A DNA stretch of 61,782 nt, filler included. It is 4 parts of 4 records of this genome, joined end to end, with 100 filler letters (N's around TTAATTAATTAA, not from the genome) between each part and the next. Parts side by side here need not be neighbours in the genome. Positions count along the whole stretch, not along the records: positions 57,440 to 61,782 come from SRR20825010_6239; 3 more parts are not named here. One strand, 5' to 3'. Below, one piece after another: positions 59,214 to 61,782 of this stretch. The position numbers and the translations under genes were made by a program. Below the pieces are notes generated by a model. That model was not told where the DNA came from. It was given only the letters and a program-made list of their open reading frames with translations, and did no database searches. Each line of letters opens with the position of its first letter. Positions within the stretch are counted from its first letter, which is position 1.

Positions 59214-59344
59214 GGTGATTACTCGCAAGTACCAAATTTCGCGTCTGAAATTGGTACCTCGAGAGCCGTATGTATCAAATTAATGACGAGCTTAAGAATT
59301 TAGGGAATACTCACATTCCCTAGATATTTCTGGCCCCTGTATAC

Positions 59345-59647
59345 GAGAACCGCAGTGGGATGATCAACTGTGGAAAGCGCTACTGATCCGGCCTTCGCAT
59401 TGCTACCACACACGCCGAGTCGGCGGTGAATTCGCTCGTCAGCAAACGAACGGTCAAAAGCTGCAAATGAGCTGGTGCCGCCATGGAGTACACATGCTCA
59501 TGTAGGTCCGGGCGGACGAAGTGAACGGCGAGCTTCGCGATCGGTTACGAGCACCGATCCGACAACTGGAATCGAACGTGCCTCCAATATTCACGCCAAA
59601 GCCGCCCCTTCTTAAGGTTGCTTGACCCCGGAGAAACTACCGGTCTC
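59345..59647 (+). mobile_element. Decayed ISKra4-family transposase 3' remnant with right end
   Basis: Translates as INCGKRY*SGLRIATTHAESAVNSLVSKR / QMSWCRHGVHMLM*VRA..NGELRDRL with 2 stops and a frameshift; TGA 59623-59625 followed by CCCCGGAGAAACTACCGGTCTC. Confidence 0.75.
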
Positions 59648-60069
59648 GTGTCAGGGGTGATCGCGCGCCGAAGCTCGTCGGGATCGACCAGTCCCGCACC
59701 ATCGACCGGCAGCCAGGTCACCCGGGCGCCGAGCCGTTCGAGAAACCGCAACGGTGCGACGATGGCCGGATGCTCGACGCTCGAGGTGATAAAATGCGGT
59801 CGATCCCTGCCGCTTGCGAAGAAAACGCCCTTCAGCGCGTGGTTGTTCGCCTCGCTGCCGCCGCTGGTGAAGACAATTTCGTGCGGCGCGCAGCCGAGAA
59901 GCGCCGCCACCTGGCGCCTGCCGTCCTCCACCATCTGCCGGGCAGGCACACCGGCCCAGTGGTTGCTCGACGGGTTGCCATACCCCGTCTCCAGGGCATG
60001 GCGCATGATCCCGGCCACCTCGGGGGCGACCGGCGTGCTGGCGTTGAAGTCCAGATAAACGTCGCGCAC
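59648..60069 (-). pseudogene. Cysteine desulfurase (IscS/NifS class), N-terminal ~140 aa, truncated at the IS end
   Basis: GTG start with GGAGG RBS; YLDFNASTP, GNPSS, FTSGGSEANN, VEHPA; similarity stops at ITPDT. Confidence 0.88.
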
Positions 60070-60107
60070 GATCCTGCCTCCCGTTTCAAGTGTCGCTCCG
60101 CCTGCAC

Positions 60108-60533
60108 TCAGGGCTTCCAGGCGGCGTCCTGCTTCCAGCCGATGATGCCGGTCTGCATCACCACGACGTTGGACCTGCCGGCCACGCGCAGGGCGAAGGT
60201 TGCCTGGGCCGAGAGGCTGCCGGTGTTGCAGAAAAGGATGGTCATTCGGTCTTCGGGGATCTCGTCGATCCGGTCGAGCACTTCGCGCCATTCGATGTTG
60301 ACGGCGCCGGGAATGGTTTCCGTGTCGAACTGGCCTGCGTCGCGGGTGTCGACGAAGAGCGCGGTCTCGAACACGCTCTGGTCGATCTGCTGCGGCAGGA
60401 TGATGCCGGACTCGTAGTCCTGGAACATCAGGTATTCCTGCATGGCATCGATGGCGGTTTCTTGGGCCATGACGGGCGCCGCGTGAAGGCCAAGTGCGAC
60501 TGTCGCCACTGCCAGAAGCTGTTTCAGTGTCAT
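60108..60533 (-). CDS. Exported rhodanese-like protein
   Basis: Signal peptide (..PVMAQ), VDTRD..IPGAVNI, active loop FCNTGSLS. Confidence 0.88.
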   Translation of the reverse strand: MTLKQLLAVATVALGLHAAPVMAQETAIDAMQEYLMFQDYESGIILPQQIDQSVFETALFVDTRDAGQFDTETIPGAVNIEWREVLDRIDEIPEDRMTILFCNTGSLSAQATFALRVAGRSNVVVMQTGIIGWKQDAAWKP

Positions 60534-60859
60534 CGGGTCTCTCCTGTGTTCCGATAATTGTTCTGGCTGGAGTGCTCAAGCCAGCCATTGGTGCCGCCTT
60601 CGAGCCAGAGGGCGTCGTGATGGCCAAGCTGGCGCAACAGGGTCGCGCCCTCGGTCGACCGGCCTCCGCCCTTGCCGCAGATGGTGACCGGGATTTTTTC
60701 GGCGGGGATGTCGTTCACCCGGTCTCTAAGTTCAGTTAGCGGGATATGCACGGCGCCCGCGACGTGAGTGATGGCAAAGTCCCCGGCGTCGCGGACGTCG
60801 ATCAGGTGGAACCGATCCGGGGCGGCCGCAAGTTCTGCCAGCGTCAGCATCTCGGCCAT
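60530..60859 (-). CDS. Cytoplasmic rhodanese-like protein
   Basis: IDVRD..HVAGAVHIP, ICGKGGGRS, LEGGTNGW. Confidence 0.9.
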   Translation of the reverse strand: MAEMLTLAELAAAPDRFHLIDVRDAGDFAITHVAGAVHIPLTELRDRVNDIPAEKIPVTICGKGGGRSTEGATLLRQLGHHDALWLEGGTNGWLEHSSQNNYRNTGETR

Positions 60860-61212
60860 CAGAACACCAGCACCTTGTCGGCGGCGAGCGTCGCCTGGGC
60901 GAGTTCGTCCATGGTCGAGCGGGTCGGCCCCTCCATCATGTCGGTCCCGGCGAGCCCGCGCGCATCCATGCAGCTACCGCACATCAGCACGCGGCCCCTG
61001 GCGGACAGAACTCGGTGGATCATGCGCTCCAGGTTGTAATAGCCTTCGGGCGTCTTCTGACCGGACTTGGCGCAGAGCACGGCGTCGGCCATCAGGAAGA
61101 CGGTGATTTCCCCCTCCGGGTTGTTCTTGGATAGCGCATGAGCCATGCGCAGACCGTTGAAGCTGCGCTCGGTGCCGTAGGGTGGGTCGTTGAGCAGGAT
61201 CAGGTGTTTCAT
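60859..61212 (-). CDS. DsrE/DsrF-like (YchN-type) protein
   Basis: PPYGTERSFNGLR, VFLMADAV, CGSCMDARG, ADKVLVF. Confidence 0.9.
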   Translation of the reverse strand: MKHLILLNDPPYGTERSFNGLRMAHALSKNNPEGEITVFLMADAVLCAKSGQKTPEGYYNLERMIHRVLSARGRVLMCGSCMDARGLAGTDMMEGPTRSTMDELAQATLAADKVLVF

Positions 61213-61222
61213 TGCAGGCTCC

Positions 61223-61782
61223 TCAATCCGTGGCGGGGGTCATGGCGCGGGTTTCGAGATCGGCGAGATACGCCTCGATGCGGCGGGCGTTGGCGCCGCG
61301 GTCGATCTGGCCGAGGCGGGACCGCGAGCGCATGTCGATGCGGGCGCCATTGTCGGTTCCGGCAACCCGCACCGCGACCTCGTCCTCGAAACCGAACAGG
61401 CGGCTCGTCGCAATTGCCTCGATCTGGCTTTCCGCGGGGTCGGCGGACAGCACCTTCCATCCGCGATCCTCGATGAGAGCCAGCGCCGCGGCGAAGGCCT
61501 CTTCAAAGGACAGTGGCAGCTCGACCGGCTGCACCTTGGGGTAAGCGGCACGCTGAAGCTTGGCGTTTGCCGCCGGATAGTCCGTCGGCGTGACCGTGAA
61601 CCAGAACACCGGCGGATCTTCGACATCGGTTGATATGTCGTTGATGGGCGGTGTCGTGCGGGCTGCAAGCTCGAAGGCTGCGCCGAGGCCGGTGACGGGC
61701 AGGGATAGAGCCAGCCCCAGCAGGACCAATAGGGCACCGCCCTGTCTCCGACGCAACCAGGCAGCCAGCCCCGCGAGTGCGG
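61223..61782 (-). CDS. DUF1499 membrane protein, 5'-truncated
   Basis: PPINDISTD..PP, FGFEDEVAVRV, DMRSRSRLG..DRGANARRI; frame open to window end. Confidence 0.85.
   Translation of the reverse strand, partial: ALAGLAAWLRRRQGGALLVLLGLALSLPVTGLGAAFELAARTTPPINDISTDVEDPPVFWFTVTPTDYPAANAKLQRAAYPKVQPVELPLSFEEAFAAALALIEDRGWKVLSADPAESQIEAIATSRLFGFEDEVAVRVAGTDNGARIDMRSRSRLGQIDRGANARRIEAYLADLETRAMTPATD

Noticed and set aside
59229-59257. Inverted repeat GTACCAAATTTC/GAAATTGGTAC before tadG as an operator or IS left end
   Set aside because: Imperfect, does not match the 59626-59647 end, and no factor can be assigned
59280-59295. CtrA box upstream of tadG
   Set aside because: The TTAA half-sites are 8 nt apart rather than 7 and lie next to IS debris
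59545-60627. 360-aa ORF as a novel fusion protein
   Set aside because: Its N-terminal half is an off-frame reading of the rhodanese genes; the real start is GTG 60069 and the tail is IS-derived
60108-61212. Selenocysteine read-through at the TGA stops of DsrE and the rhodaneses
   Set aside because: Stops fall at natural domain ends, two overlap the next ATG, and the active sites already contain Cys

Overview
The window is four unrelated contigs joined by artificial N44-TTAATTAATTAA-N44 spacers (6925-7024, 29811-29910, 57340-57439), so gene context only counts within a contig. Contig 1 (1-6924, betaproteobacterial-like) holds the tail of an MFS/DUF3833/SDR/SnoaL lipid-modification-type cluster, a diiron ferritin-like protein, rfaE2, mscS, ppk2 and an indolepyruvate-oxidoreductase C-terminus. 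Contig 2 (7025-29810, Bacteroidota, Cytophagales-like) is housekeeping: nuoBA, icd, panB, DUF2723, GWxTD, rlmB, kdsD, recQ, purD, ricT-gldH and a partial SF1 helicase. Contig 3 (29911-57339, another Bacteroidota) has a partial tRNA-Arg(ACG) and an operon-like run DUF1599-DoxX-tpiA-prmA-[1538 aa]-plsY-[2209 aa]-clpS. It also carries several T9SS cargo genes and a two-gene module of a small T9SS protein plus a fibre-like protein with no T9SS C-terminal sorting domain (CTD). Contig 4 (57440-61782, Alphaproteobacteria) has PilZ, TadG/vWA, and a decayed ISKra4-type element that truncates a cysteine desulfurase at the end of a DUF1499-DsrE-rhodanese-rhodanese-desulfurase cluster. The two best candidates for an undescribed system are the T9SS-adaptor/fibre pair (48929-50938) and the giant envelope proteins flanking plsY (30387-42304). 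All family calls come from motif recognition by eye; no database search was run.
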